64,000 bases of DNA from Syntrophales bacterium (GCA_963668175.1 OY764159.1:3904001-3968000), one strand, 5' to 3'. Counted from the stretch's first letter, positions 39,691 to 49,013 are shown. Program-made: numbers and translations. Notes: generated by a model from the letters alone, not told the origin.

Positions 39691-41193
39691 CTATCGGCCC
39701 CGAGACGGCACGGCCAGCTCCGCGGCCACCTCCCCCATTACCGTATCCCACGCTCCAGGCTCTCCCTGACGAAACAACCGCATCGTCGGATACCACGGAC
39801 TGTCTCCCCGTCCCAGCATCCAGCGCCAATCCGGGGCATACGGCAGAAGCGTCCAGACAGCCTTCCCCATCGCTCCCGCCAAATGAACCACCGCCGTGTC
39901 CACAGATATCACCAAATCCAGGTTCCCGACCAGCCCCGCCGTATCGCTGAAATCATTCAACTCGCCCGTGTAATCCAATAACGCCATCCCCTCAGGTGCC
40001 TCCTTCGACTCCCCGGACGCCTCACCCTTCTGCAAACTGTAAAAACGCACTCCCGACACTTTCCCCAACGGACCATACTGCAAAAGCTTCAGCGTCCGGT
40101 AGCGATCCTTCTTGTGCGTCGGTCGACCTGCCCAGGACAATCCTACCTTCAGCCCAGGGCCGTCTCCGGTCAACCGCTCACGCCAATAGCGCAAAGACTC
40201 TTCCGTCCCCCTGATATACGGCACCTCCCCCGGTATCGTCGCAAGTTCCGTCCCGAACATCCCAGGCAAACTCATTATCGGGCATCGATAATCGTACGGC
40301 GGAAGAACCTCGCCTCGCCCATATACCGCCGATATCCCCTCAACCCCCGACAGCAGACGGACCAGCTCCTTCTGGCACTCCACCAACACCTCCGCCCCGC
40401 GATACGACAACTGCCGCGCGTAACGGATGAACTGGATCGTATCCCCGAAGCCCTGCTCCGTATAAACCAGTATCCGCTTCCCTGCTAAATCCTCACCTCG
40501 CCACTCCTGACCGCCGAGATCACGCTTCGCGAAAATCTCCCGCATCTCCCGGCGCCACTCATACTCCTTCCAGCCTTCCGCAAAATTACCCGTCAAAAGC
40601 AGCGCCAAAGACAAATTCCAGTGCGCCTCCGCAAAACCCGGCTTTAATCCGATAGCACGACGGAAATAGGGTATGGCCGCAGCGTCTTCATTATAAGCAT
40701 CCTGCAGGGCATTCCCGTAATTGTAATGGGCTTCGGCCATATTAGGGTCTATGGCGGCGGCCTTTTCATAATGCGCAAGGGCCTCTTGGAACAGCTTCTT
40801 CTCCTTGAACGCGTTGCCCAGGTTATAGAAAGCCCCGGCATCGTCTCCTTTTCCCGCAATGATCTCCCGGAAGCACGAGATGGCTTCGTCGATCCGGCCT
40901 TCCGCGAGGAGAGAATTCCCGAGATTGCCGTATATATCGGCATTTCCTGGCTTATAGATAAGCGCTTTTCGCGAATAGGCGACGGCTTCAGCAAAATTCT
41001 TCTTCTGATAAAAGAGCGCCCCCAAAAGCTGCAAGGCATCGGCGTGCTCCGGTTCATCCTCGAGAATAGCCTTGTAGGCTTCTTCGGCCTGATCGAGTCT
41101 GCCGTCCAGGTGATAGGCAAGGGCCTTTCGCATGCCGTCGAGACCGCCATGCCGGCTGGAGACATTCGCATATTTGGGATAATCATCGTCCAT
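39691..41193 (-). CDS. TPR + GT9-like glycosyltransferase (copy 4)
   Basis: About five TPRs, EQGFGDTIQF, DLVISVDT, DWRW..SPWYP. Confidence 0.85.
   Translation of the reverse strand: MDDDYPKYANVSSRHGGLDGMRKALAYHLDGRLDQAEEAYKAILEDEPEHADALQLLGALFYQKKNFAEAVAYSRKALIYKPGNADIYGNLGNSLLAEGRIDEAISCFREIIAGKGDDAGAFYNLGNAFKEKKLFQEALAHYEKAAAIDPNMAEAHYNYGNALQDAYNEDAAAIPYFRRAIGLKPGFAEAHWNLSLALLLTGNFAEGWKEYEWRREMREIFAKRDLGGQEWRGEDLAGKRILVYTEQGFGDTIQFIRYARQLSYRGAEVLVECQKELVRLLSGVEGISAVYGRGEVLPPYDYRCPIMSLPGMFGTELATIPGEVPYIRGTEESLRYWRERLTGDGPGLKVGLSWAGRPTHKKDRYRTLKLLQYGPLGKVSGVRFYSLQKGEASGESKEAPEGMALLDYTGELNDFSDTAGLVGNLDLVISVDTAVVHLAGAMGKAVWTLLPYAPDWRWMLGRGDSPWYPTMRLFRQGEPGAWDTVMGEVAAELAVPSRGR
39713..40662. repeat. 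GT-module repeat, 950 bp, near-identical to 45941..46890; its first 800 bp also match 43567..44366
   Basis: Direct comparison at offsets 6228 and 3854; the ORF track shows the same shadow ORFs at these offsets. Confidence 0.95.
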
Positions 41194-43549
41194 GCGTCAC
41201 CTTGACGAGTTCCCGGCGGATGCGTTCAACGACATCCCCCCACTGCCCCTGTTCGGTCTGGCGGAACAACCTCATCGTCGGATACCAGGGGCTGTCGTCC
41301 CGATCCAGCATCCAGCGCCAGTCCGGCGAACGCATCAACATCGTCCAGACGGGCTTGCCCATTGCACCCGCCAGATGCGCTGTGGCCGTGTCGACGGAGA
41401 TCGTCAAATCGAGGTTCTCGATCAGGGCGGCCGTATCGGCAAAATCCCGGATATCTTCGGTGTAATCGACGATCGTCATCCCGGCCGGCGCATCTTTTAT
41501 CTGGCCGGACGCCTCTCCTTTCTGAACGCTGTAGAACGTGACGCCCCGTATCGAAAAAAGGGGCAGAAAATCCTTCAGCAGGCATGATTTGATGGCGGGA
41601 TGCGTACCGCCCCAGACCAGCCCCGCCCTTACCGTACCGTCGCCTCCGGCAAGTCTTTCCCGCCATGTTTTTGCTAAATCGGCATCCGCCTTGATATAGG
41701 GGACATCGACGGGCAACGTATCCAGAGACGTATCGAACATCATAGGAAGCGACAAGAGGGGGATATGGACGTCATAATGCGGCAGGGCCTCTCCGCGCAA
41801 AACGATTTTTCGCACGCCCTTAACCCCTCTGAAAATCGTCTGCAGTTCCTTTTGACAATGGACGATCGCATCCGCGCCCAGATCGGCAACCATGCGGACA
41901 TACCGGACAAAATGAATCGCGTCCCCGAAACCCTGTTCCGTATAGATCAGGATAGTCTTGCCTTTTATATCGGAACCGTCCCAAAGCGGTTTCTCATAGT
42001 CGTAAACCAGGGCGACATCCGGTAGTTTCTTTCTCCATTCGTATTTCTTCCATCCTTCCCGGAAATTTCCTGCAAAAAGATAGTTGAGGGACATATTGAA
42101 ATGGGCCTCGGCGTAATCGGGCTTCATGGCCACCGACGTTTGAAAGGACCGGAGGGCCTCGTCAAACAACCCCAAAAATTGGAGGACATTCCCGAGATTG
42201 GTGTAGGCCTCCGCCTTCCCCGGCTGAAGTTCGATCACCTTCTCGAAGTGCGCCTTCGCCTCCTCGAACCGCTCCTGCTCCTGGAGGGCCAGGCCCATGT
42301 TGTTATAGGCCTCCGCGTACCCGGGGTTGAGCTCTATCGCCTTCCGGTAATACCCCACCGCCTCCTCAAAGCACCGCTTCTCCTTGTACGCATTCCCAAG
42401 ATTGTAATAGCCCTTCTCCCCCTCCGGGTCGAGGCGCACAACCTCACGGTAGCACAAAACCGCGTCGTCCAGACGGCCCTGCTCGCGAAACACGTTCCCC
42501 AAATTGAACAGCGCCCCCACGTACTCCCCGTCCAGCTTCAACACGCCCTGGTAATACGCCACCGCCTCATCCAAAATCCCCTTGTCACGCAACGCATTCG
42601 CCAAATTGTACTGCGCCAAAACCACTCGACCGTCTACCCGAACCGCCTCACGATACTGCTCGATCGCCTCATCCAACATCCCGCGCGACTGCAACAGCAA
42701 TCCCAGATTGTTCCGGGCCTCCACAAACTCCGGCTTCAATGCCACTGCCTTGCGATACAAAAACATCGCTTCATCATTCCGCCCCTGGCTCTGATACGCA
42801 AAACCAAGGTTATGGCATGCCCGCGCATTCCCCGGTTCGCGTCCCAATACCTCCAAAAAACACGAAACGGCCTCCTCGCAGGCACCACGATCCTGCAGCA
42901 ATACACCCAGACCGTTCCAGGCATCCAGGTATCCGCCGTCCAGCGCCAATGCCTTCCGGTATGCAGCCGCAGCCTCATCAAGAAGCCCCTGCTCCCGCAA
43001 TGCAACTCCCAGCTGATACGGCACCACCGCCACACCCGGAAGCAATGCCTCCGCACGCCGGTAACTCGCAACCGCCTCCGCAAGAAGACCCAGCTCCCGC
43101 AGTGCATTCCCCAGATTATAATGCGCCTCGCCGTATCCTTCGTTCAGTTCCAACGCCCGGCGGTAACACGATAACGCCTGCTCAATCCTCCCCGTCTCCT
43201 TCAAGGCGATACCCAGGCTGTTGTATATCTCCGCATTCCCCTCGTCACGGCGTAAGGCCTCCTGATAACAGGATATCGCCTTTTCCAGATGCCCCGAATC
43301 GTAATAGATGTTCCCCAGCGTATGGTACGCTCCCCCGTTCCCGGGAGCGACGGATACAACCCGCTCGAAGTATACGGCTGCCGCTCCGTAGTCCCCCTCC
43401 TGATAGCGTATCCAGCCCAATAGCTCCAAGGCCCGCGTATCGTCCGGGCGCTCCTCTAAAACCGCCCCGTACAGGCGCGCCGCCTCCGTTAACCGTCCGG
43501 ACCGCTGATGCTCCACGGCCTCTTGCATTGTCTCTTCCAGATTCATCAT
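41183..43549 (-). CDS. Long TPR + GT9-like glycosyltransferase (copy 3, divergent GT domain)
   Basis: About 14 TPRs, nearly identical to those of 43551..45923; distinct GT domain EQGFGDAIHF..DLTISVDT..DWRW. Confidence 0.85.
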   Translation of the reverse strand: MMNLEETMQEAVEHQRSGRLTEAARLYGAVLEERPDDTRALELLGWIRYQEGDYGAAAVYFERVVSVAPGNGGAYHTLGNIYYDSGHLEKAISCYQEALRRDEGNAEIYNSLGIALKETGRIEQALSCYRRALELNEGYGEAHYNLGNALRELGLLAEAVASYRRAEALLPGVAVVPYQLGVALREQGLLDEAAAAYRKALALDGGYLDAWNGLGVLLQDRGACEEAVSCFLEVLGREPGNARACHNLGFAYQSQGRNDEAMFLYRKAVALKPEFVEARNNLGLLLQSRGMLDEAIEQYREAVRVDGRVVLAQYNLANALRDKGILDEAVAYYQGVLKLDGEYVGALFNLGNVFREQGRLDDAVLCYREVVRLDPEGEKGYYNLGNAYKEKRCFEEAVGYYRKAIELNPGYAEAYNNMGLALQEQERFEEAKAHFEKVIELQPGKAEAYTNLGNVLQFLGLFDEALRSFQTSVAMKPDYAEAHFNMSLNYLFAGNFREGWKKYEWRKKLPDVALVYDYEKPLWDGSDIKGKTILIYTEQGFGDAIHFVRYVRMVADLGADAIVHCQKELQTIFRGVKGVRKIVLRGEALPHYDVHIPLLSLPMMFDTSLDTLPVDVPYIKADADLAKTWRERLAGGDGTVRAGLVWGGTHPAIKSCLLKDFLPLFSIRGVTFYSVQKGEASGQIKDAPAGMTIVDYTEDIRDFADTAALIENLDLTISVDTATAHLAGAMGKPVWTMLMRSPDWRWMLDRDDSPWYPTMRLFRQTEQGQWGDVVERIRRELVKVTHGR

Positions 43550-44366
43550 CCTAGCTCGGATAGGCAGCCAGCTCCGCCGCCACCTCCCCCATTACCGTAT
43601 CCCACGCTCCAGGCTCTCCCTGACGAAACAACCGCATCGTCGGATACCACGGACTGTCTCCCCGTCCCAGCATCCAGCGCCAATCCGGAGCATACGGCAG
43701 AAGCGTCCAGACAGCCTTCCCCATCGCTCCCGCCAAATGAACCACCGCCGTGTCCACAGATATCACCAAATCCAGGTTCCCGACCAGCCCCGCCGTATCG
43801 CTGAAATCATTCAACTCGCCCGTGTAATCCAATAACGCCATCCCCTCAGGTGCCTCCTTCGACTCCCCGGACGCCTCACCCTTCTGCAAACTGTAAAAAC
43901 GCACTCCCGACACTTTCCCCAACGGACCATACTGCAAAAGCTTCAGCGTCCGGTACACATCCTTCTTGTGCGTCGGTCGACCTGCCCAGGACAATCCTAC
44001 CTTCAGCCCGGGTCCCTCTCCGGTCAACCGCTCACGCCAATAGCGCAAAGACTCTTCCGTCCCCCTGATATACGGCACCTCCCCCGGTATCGTCGCAAGC
44101 TCCGTCCCGAACATCCCTGGCAAACTCATTATCGGGCATCGATAATCGTACGGCGGAAGAACCTCGCCTCGCCCATATACCGCCGATATCCCCTCAACCC
44201 CCGACAGCAGACGGACCAGCTCCTTCTGGCACTCCACCAACACCTCCGCCCCGAGATACGACAACTGCCGCGCATAGCGGATGAACTGGATCGTATCCCC
44301 GAAGCCCTGCTCCGTATAAACCAGTATCCGCTTCCCTGCTAAATCCTCACCTCGCCACTCCTGACC
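42308..44366. repeat. Direct repeat unit 1 (2059 bp; TPR module + gene junction + GT module)
   Basis: Near-identical to 44682..46740 (offset 2374), with about a dozen substitutions seen by eye. Confidence 0.95.
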
Positions 44367-45923
44367 ATCTTGGACATACGTCCCGGCGACGTCGGCGACC
44401 TTTCTCCGCCATTCGTATTCCTTCCACCCTCTCTGTAAATCGCCCGAGAGCAGAACGGTCAGGGACATGTTGAAATGGGCCTCGGCCAGGTCGGGCTGTA
44501 TTTCCACGGCCCGCTCAAAGGATTTGACGGCTTCATCGAAACGTCCCATGGATTGGAGGACATTCCCGAGATTGGTGTAGGCCTCCGCCTTCCCCGGATG
44601 GCGTTCGATCACCTTCTCGAACTGCGCCTTCGCCTCCTCGAATGCTTCACGTTCCTGAAAGAGCAGTCCCAACTCGTGGCGGGCCTCCGCGTACCCGGGG
44701 TTGAGCTCTATCGCCTTCCGGTAATAGCCCACCGCCTCCTCAAAGCACCGCTTCTCCTTGTACGCATTCCCAAGATTGTAATAGCCCTTCTCCCCCTCCG
44801 GGTCGAGGCGCACAACCTCACGATAACACAAAACCGCATCGTCCAAACGGCCCTGCTCGCGAAACACGTTCCCCAAATTGAACAGCGCCCCCACGTACTC
44901 CCCGTCCAGCTTCAACACGCCCTGGTAATACGCCACCGCCTCATCCAAAATCCCCTTGTCACGCAACGCATTCGCCAAATTGTACTGCGCCAAAACCACT
45001 CGACCGTCTACCCGAACCGCCTCACGATACTGCTCGATCGCCTCATCCAACATCCCGCGCGACTGCAACAGCAATCCCAGGTTGTTCCGGGCCTCCACAA
45101 ACTCCGGCTTCAATGCCACTGCCTTGCGATACAACAACATCGCTTCATCATTCCGCCCCTGGCTCTGATACGCAAAACCAAGGTTATGGCATGCCCGCGC
45201 ATTCCCCGGTTCGCGTCTCAATACCTCCAAAAAACACGAAACGGCCTCCTCGCAGGCACCACGATCCTGCAGCAATACACCCAGACCGTTCCAGGCATCC
45301 AGGTATCCGCCGTCCAGCGCCAATGCCTTCCGGTATGCAGCCGCAGCCTCATCAAGAAGCCCCTGCTCCCGCAATGCAACTCCCAGCTGATACGGCACCA
45401 CCGCCACACCCGGAAGCAATGCCTCCGCACGCCGGTAACTCGCAACCGCCTCCGCAAGAAGACCCAGCTCCCGCAGCGCATTCCCCAGATTATAATGCGC
45501 CTCGCCGTATCCTTCGTTCAGTTCCAACGCCCGGCGGTAACACGATAACGCCTGCTCAATCCTCCCCGTCTCCTTCAAGGCGATACCCAGGCTGTTGTAT
45601 ATCTCCGCATTCCCCTCGTCACAGCGCAAGGCCTCCTGATAACAGGATATCGCCTTTTCCAGATGCCCCGAATCGTAATAGATGTTCCCCAGCGTATGGT
45701 ACGCTCCCCCGTTCCCGGGAGCGACGGATACAACCCGCTCGAAGTATGCGGCTGCCGCTCCGTAGTCCCCCTCCTGATAGCGTATCCAGCCCAATAGCTC
45801 CAAGGCCCGCGTATCGTCCGGGCGCTCCTCTAAAACCGCCCCGTACAGGCGCGCCGCCTCCGTTAACCGTCCGGACCGCTGATGCTCCACGGCCTCTTGC
45901 ATTGTCTCTTCCAGATTCATCAT
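43551..45923 (-). CDS. Long TPR + GT9-like glycosyltransferase (copy 2)
   Basis: TPR module shared with 41183..43549; GT module shared with 45925..47805. Confidence 0.85.
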   Translation of the reverse strand: MMNLEETMQEAVEHQRSGRLTEAARLYGAVLEERPDDTRALELLGWIRYQEGDYGAAAAYFERVVSVAPGNGGAYHTLGNIYYDSGHLEKAISCYQEALRCDEGNAEIYNSLGIALKETGRIEQALSCYRRALELNEGYGEAHYNLGNALRELGLLAEAVASYRRAEALLPGVAVVPYQLGVALREQGLLDEAAAAYRKALALDGGYLDAWNGLGVLLQDRGACEEAVSCFLEVLRREPGNARACHNLGFAYQSQGRNDEAMLLYRKAVALKPEFVEARNNLGLLLQSRGMLDEAIEQYREAVRVDGRVVLAQYNLANALRDKGILDEAVAYYQGVLKLDGEYVGALFNLGNVFREQGRLDDAVLCYREVVRLDPEGEKGYYNLGNAYKEKRCFEEAVGYYRKAIELNPGYAEARHELGLLFQEREAFEEAKAQFEKVIERHPGKAEAYTNLGNVLQSMGRFDEAVKSFERAVEIQPDLAEAHFNMSLTVLLSGDLQRGWKEYEWRRKVADVAGTYVQDGQEWRGEDLAGKRILVYTEQGFGDTIQFIRYARQLSYLGAEVLVECQKELVRLLSGVEGISAVYGRGEVLPPYDYRCPIMSLPGMFGTELATIPGEVPYIRGTEESLRYWRERLTGEGPGLKVGLSWAGRPTHKKDVYRTLKLLQYGPLGKVSGVRFYSLQKGEASGESKEAPEGMALLDYTGELNDFSDTAGLVGNLDLVISVDTAVVHLAGAMGKAVWTLLPYAPDWRWMLGRGDSPWYPTMRLFRQGEPGAWDTVMGEVAAELAAYPS

Positions 45924-46740
45924 CCTAGCTCGGATAGGCAGCCAGCTCCGCCGCCACCTCCCCCATTACCGTATCCCACGCTCCAGGCTCTCCCTGACGA
46001 AACAACCGCATCGTCGGATACCACGGACTGTCTCCCCGTCCCAGCATCCAGCGCCAATCCGGAGCATACGGCAGAAGCGTCCAGACAGCCTTCCCCATCG
46101 CTCCCGCCAAATGAACCACCGCCGTGTCCACAGATATCACCAAATCCAGGTTCCCGACCAGCCCCGCCGTATCGCTGAAATCATTCAACTCGCCCGTGTA
46201 ATCCAATAACGCCATCCCCTCAGGTGCCTCCTTCGACTCCCCGGACGCCTCACCCTTCTGCAAACTGTAAAAACGCACTCCCGACACTTTCCCCAACGGA
46301 CCATACTGCAAAAGCTTCAGCGTCCGGTACACATCCTTCTTGTGCGTCGGTCGACCTGCCCAGGACAATCCTACCTTCAGCCCGGGTCCCTCTCCGGTCA
46401 ACCGCTCACGCCAATAGCGCAAAGACTCTTCCGTCCCCCTGATATACGGCACCTCCCCCGGTATCGTCGCAAGCTCCGTCCCGAACATCCCTGGCAAACT
46501 CATTATCGGGCATCGATAATCGTACGGCGGAAGAACCTCGCCTCGCCCATATACCGCCGATATCCCCTCAACCCCCGACAGCAGACGGACCAGCTCCTTC
46601 TGGCACTCCACCAACACCTCCGCCCCGAGATACGACAACTGCCGCGCATAACGGATGAACTGGATCGTATCCCCGAAGCCCTGCTCCGTATAAACCAGTA
46701 TCCGCTTCCCTGCTAAATCCTCACCTCGCCACTCCTGACC
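44682..46740. repeat. Direct repeat unit 2 (2059 bp)
   Basis: Near-identical to 42308..44366. Confidence 0.95.
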
Positions 46741-47805
46741 GCCGAGATCACGCTTCGCGAAAATCTCCCGCATCTCCCGGCGCCACTCATACTCCTTCCA
46801 GCCTTCCGCAAAATTACCCGTCAAAAGCAGCGCCAAAGACAAATTCCAGTGCGCCTCCGCAAAACCCGGCTTTAATCCGATAGCACGACGATAGAAACGG
46901 ATGGCTTCCGGGCAATCCAATGTATCGTACAGGGACACGCCCATGTTGTTAAGGGCATCGGTATGGTCCGGATTGACCTCCAGGGCCCGGCCGGTATATC
47001 GGATCGCCCCTTCCAAATCTTGGCTGCCGTAAGCCATAACACCCAGGCTGTAATAGGCATCGGCGATAGAGGGATCAATCCGTAAAGCCTGCCAGTAGGC
47101 CGCGGCGGCGTTTTCAACATCGCTTTCCTCCCGGAAGACATTCCCCAGATTGTTATAAGCGGCGGCGTAGCAGGGGCTGATCTTGAGGGCCGTTTCGTAG
47201 CAGATCCTGGCTTCGGCAAGTTCTCCCCGTTCCTGCAGAAGCGTTCCCGTATTATTGAAGGCCTCTGCAAAATCGGGCTTTAACTCGATGGCCTTGCGGA
47301 AACAGGTGAGGGCTTCGTCCGGCCGGTTTTTCTCTTTCATGACGTTCCCCAGGTTGTTGTAGGCCTCCGGAAACGCCGCCCGGCATCCTATGGCCTTTTG
47401 ATAGCATGAAAGAGCCGCATCGAGATCACCGACCTCCTGAAAAACGACGCCTAAATTATAATGAAGCTCGCAATCGGTCGGATCGAGAGACAACCCCCGT
47501 CGATAGCTGGCAATGGCGGCATCTGGCCGGCCTGCACCTTTGTAGCTGTTCCCCAGATTCTTGTAGGCATCCACCCGTTTCGGGTCGAGGTTGATTGCGG
47601 CCTCTGTATTCACGATGGCCCTGTCGTACCGTCCTGTTTCATAATCCAGAAGCCCCATCAGGTACAGGACATCGATGTGATAAGGTTCGGTCTCCAGAAT
47701 GCTTCGGTACAGCATCTCGGCTTCCGCAAGCCTTCCCGCCCGGTGATGCTCCAAGGCGTTCACAATCATATCATCCGTTACAGCATTAGCCATTTTACCG
47801 TTCAC
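45925..47805 (-). CDS. TPR + GT9-like glycosyltransferase (copy 1, first gene after flaF)
   Basis: About nine TPRs plus the shared GT module; start GTG 47805 or ATG 47793. Confidence 0.85.
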   Translation of the reverse strand: MNGKMANAVTDDMIVNALEHHRAGRLAEAEMLYRSILETEPYHIDVLYLMGLLDYETGRYDRAIVNTEAAINLDPKRVDAYKNLGNSYKGAGRPDAAIASYRRGLSLDPTDCELHYNLGVVFQEVGDLDAALSCYQKAIGCRAAFPEAYNNLGNVMKEKNRPDEALTCFRKAIELKPDFAEAFNNTGTLLQERGELAEARICYETALKISPCYAAAYNNLGNVFREESDVENAAAAYWQALRIDPSIADAYYSLGVMAYGSQDLEGAIRYTGRALEVNPDHTDALNNMGVSLYDTLDCPEAIRFYRRAIGLKPGFAEAHWNLSLALLLTGNFAEGWKEYEWRREMREIFAKRDLGGQEWRGEDLAGKRILVYTEQGFGDTIQFIRYARQLSYLGAEVLVECQKELVRLLSGVEGISAVYGRGEVLPPYDYRCPIMSLPGMFGTELATIPGEVPYIRGTEESLRYWRERLTGEGPGLKVGLSWAGRPTHKKDVYRTLKLLQYGPLGKVSGVRFYSLQKGEASGESKEAPEGMALLDYTGELNDFSDTAGLVGNLDLVISVDTAVVHLAGAMGKAVWTLLPYAPDWRWMLGRGDSPWYPTMRLFRQGEPGAWDTVMGEVAAELAAYPS

Positions 47806-48112
47806 CAGACCTTCCGGAAAGGAGAGAATCTTAAAATGTCTCCGGTCAATGCAATCAATATACGATTAGCGATAGTTATCAGATGACGGTCTTTTTTTCG
47901 ACCACAAAACCCGATTGGAAGGACCGATCTCAAACACATTTCTTTGAAATGAAGATCGCCATGTTTAATATTCCGAATTAGTGGAAATGAAGGAATGTCT
48001 TTCTGAGGTAAGATCTTTACCGGCGCATCAAAAAGAAAAACCCCAAGAGCCTTCACGGCGGATGGGGTCGAGATCGTTTTTGACGTCATAAAAATCGGGA
48101 CGCCTCCGGCGC

Positions 48113-48496
48113 CTATTCATCGCTGGGCGAACCCCGGAGTCCGGCGGCAATATTGAGATTTGCATTGATGATGAACGTCAATTTTTCGGCTGCGGGAAAT
48201 GCCATGACATCGAATATCCGTTTGTCGATAAAAACACTTAACCTAAGGATATCCTGCCGTAATTCCTTCGGCAGAGGATTCTCCGGCGAAGACAGCTCCC
48301 CTTGAAAAAGACTCCAGATCAGCTGGTTGTATTTGAGCGCCTCCTGCAGTCGCTCTTTGCGATCAGGCGCATCCCAGTTATCCTGGCAATCCTTAAGCAG
48401 CATGGCTGCTTTGGTCAGAACCGCAGCTTCAAGCTCACGCCCCGTCAAAGTGTCCATTTGAGCTTTTTGGTATGCGTTCATCGGGGTTGCGTTCAT
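48113..48496 (-). CDS. flaF: Flagellar biosynthesis regulator FlaF
   Basis: AY..TGRELEAAVL..EALKYNQLIWS....L...ENPLPKELR..I..LS.FI matches the FlaF pattern; adjacent to flbT; AGGAGG RBS. Confidence 0.85.
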   Translation of the reverse strand: MNATPMNAYQKAQMDTLTGRELEAAVLTKAAMLLKDCQDNWDAPDRKERLQEALKYNQLIWSLFQGELSSPENPLPKELRQDILRLSVFIDKRIFDVMAFPAAEKLTFIINANLNIAAGLRGSPSDE

Positions 48497-48878
48497 TGCT
48501 CAGCAAAACCTCCTGTTCATAATTTATCAATTTTTTTGAATACTTCAACGCCAGATAGTACTCGTTGCCGATAATGGAATCGCTTATCTTATCCACATAC
48601 GGTCGCACACTCGGTGCCGCCTGCACGACATCGCGAGCAAAACCCCAGTAAAGATCGTGATATCTTGCCAAGTTTTCTTTGTCAATATACATCATCTGGA
48701 CAACAAAGTAAATCCTTTTACATGGCGACGTTGCGTCTCTTTCCTGCAGGATATCTTTCTCCCGAAGCACCGTGACATTGTTTTCCACGTAAAGACTGCA
48801 TTTCGTATTGCCGTTCGTAATGACGGCCGAGCCAAGAAGTAATTTTTCGTGCGGTTTGAGATTGATCTTGAGTGCCAT
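48435..48878 (-). CDS. flbT: Flagellin translation regulator FlbT
   Basis: MALKINLKPHEK....AVI.NG......ENNV.VLREKDIL....ATSPCKRIYF.VQMMY..YY.ALK..KKLI.YE matches the FlbT pattern. Confidence 0.9.
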   Translation of the reverse strand: MALKINLKPHEKLLLGSAVITNGNTKCSLYVENNVTVLREKDILQERDATSPCKRIYFVVQMMYIDKENLARYHDLYWGFARDVVQAAPSVRPYVDKISDSIIGNEYYLALKYSKKLINYEQEVLLSNERNPDERIPKSSNGHFDGA

Positions 48879-49013
48879 GAATGGTCAAATTCCCGTCTGT
48901 AGTCGCTCTTTTCCCCACTTGTATTGATTTATCGATGTCTTCCCTTGCGGACGAACCTTTACGTCTTTTTTTGCGGTCGCCGCAGTCACGATCGGTTTCC
49001 GGTTATTTTGCCC

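Noticed and set aside
42308..46740. Pure assembly duplication
   Set aside because: The copies differ at about a dozen sites and join unique in-frame sequence, giving four intact, distinct ORFs. An artefact is unlikely, though only long reads can exclude it.
39713..46890. Diversity-generating retroelement (template/variable repeat) explanation for the repeats
   Set aside because: There is no reverse transcriptase in the window, the repeats are 0.8-2 kb and coding, and the differences are not adenine-specific (e.g. CGC versus GTG).
1..47805. Antibiotic or hopanoid biosynthetic cluster, or O-antigen/capsule locus
   Set aside because: No scaffold synthase, squalene-hopene cyclase, exporter, flippase, polymerase or initiating phosphoglycosyl transferase is in the window. 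TPR-GT content and flagellar linkage fit protein glycosylation better, although the region left of position 1 is unseen.
47802..48112. 95-aa ORF, or a promoter/ncRNA, in the AT-rich gap between flaF and the first TPR-GT gene
   Set aside because: The ORF has no RBS or motif support, and I found no well-spaced sigma28 or sigma54 consensus or clear structure.
48929..48961. sigma28-like promoter before flbT (TAAAGGTT...ATCGATAA)
   Set aside because: The spacer is 21 nt rather than 15-16.
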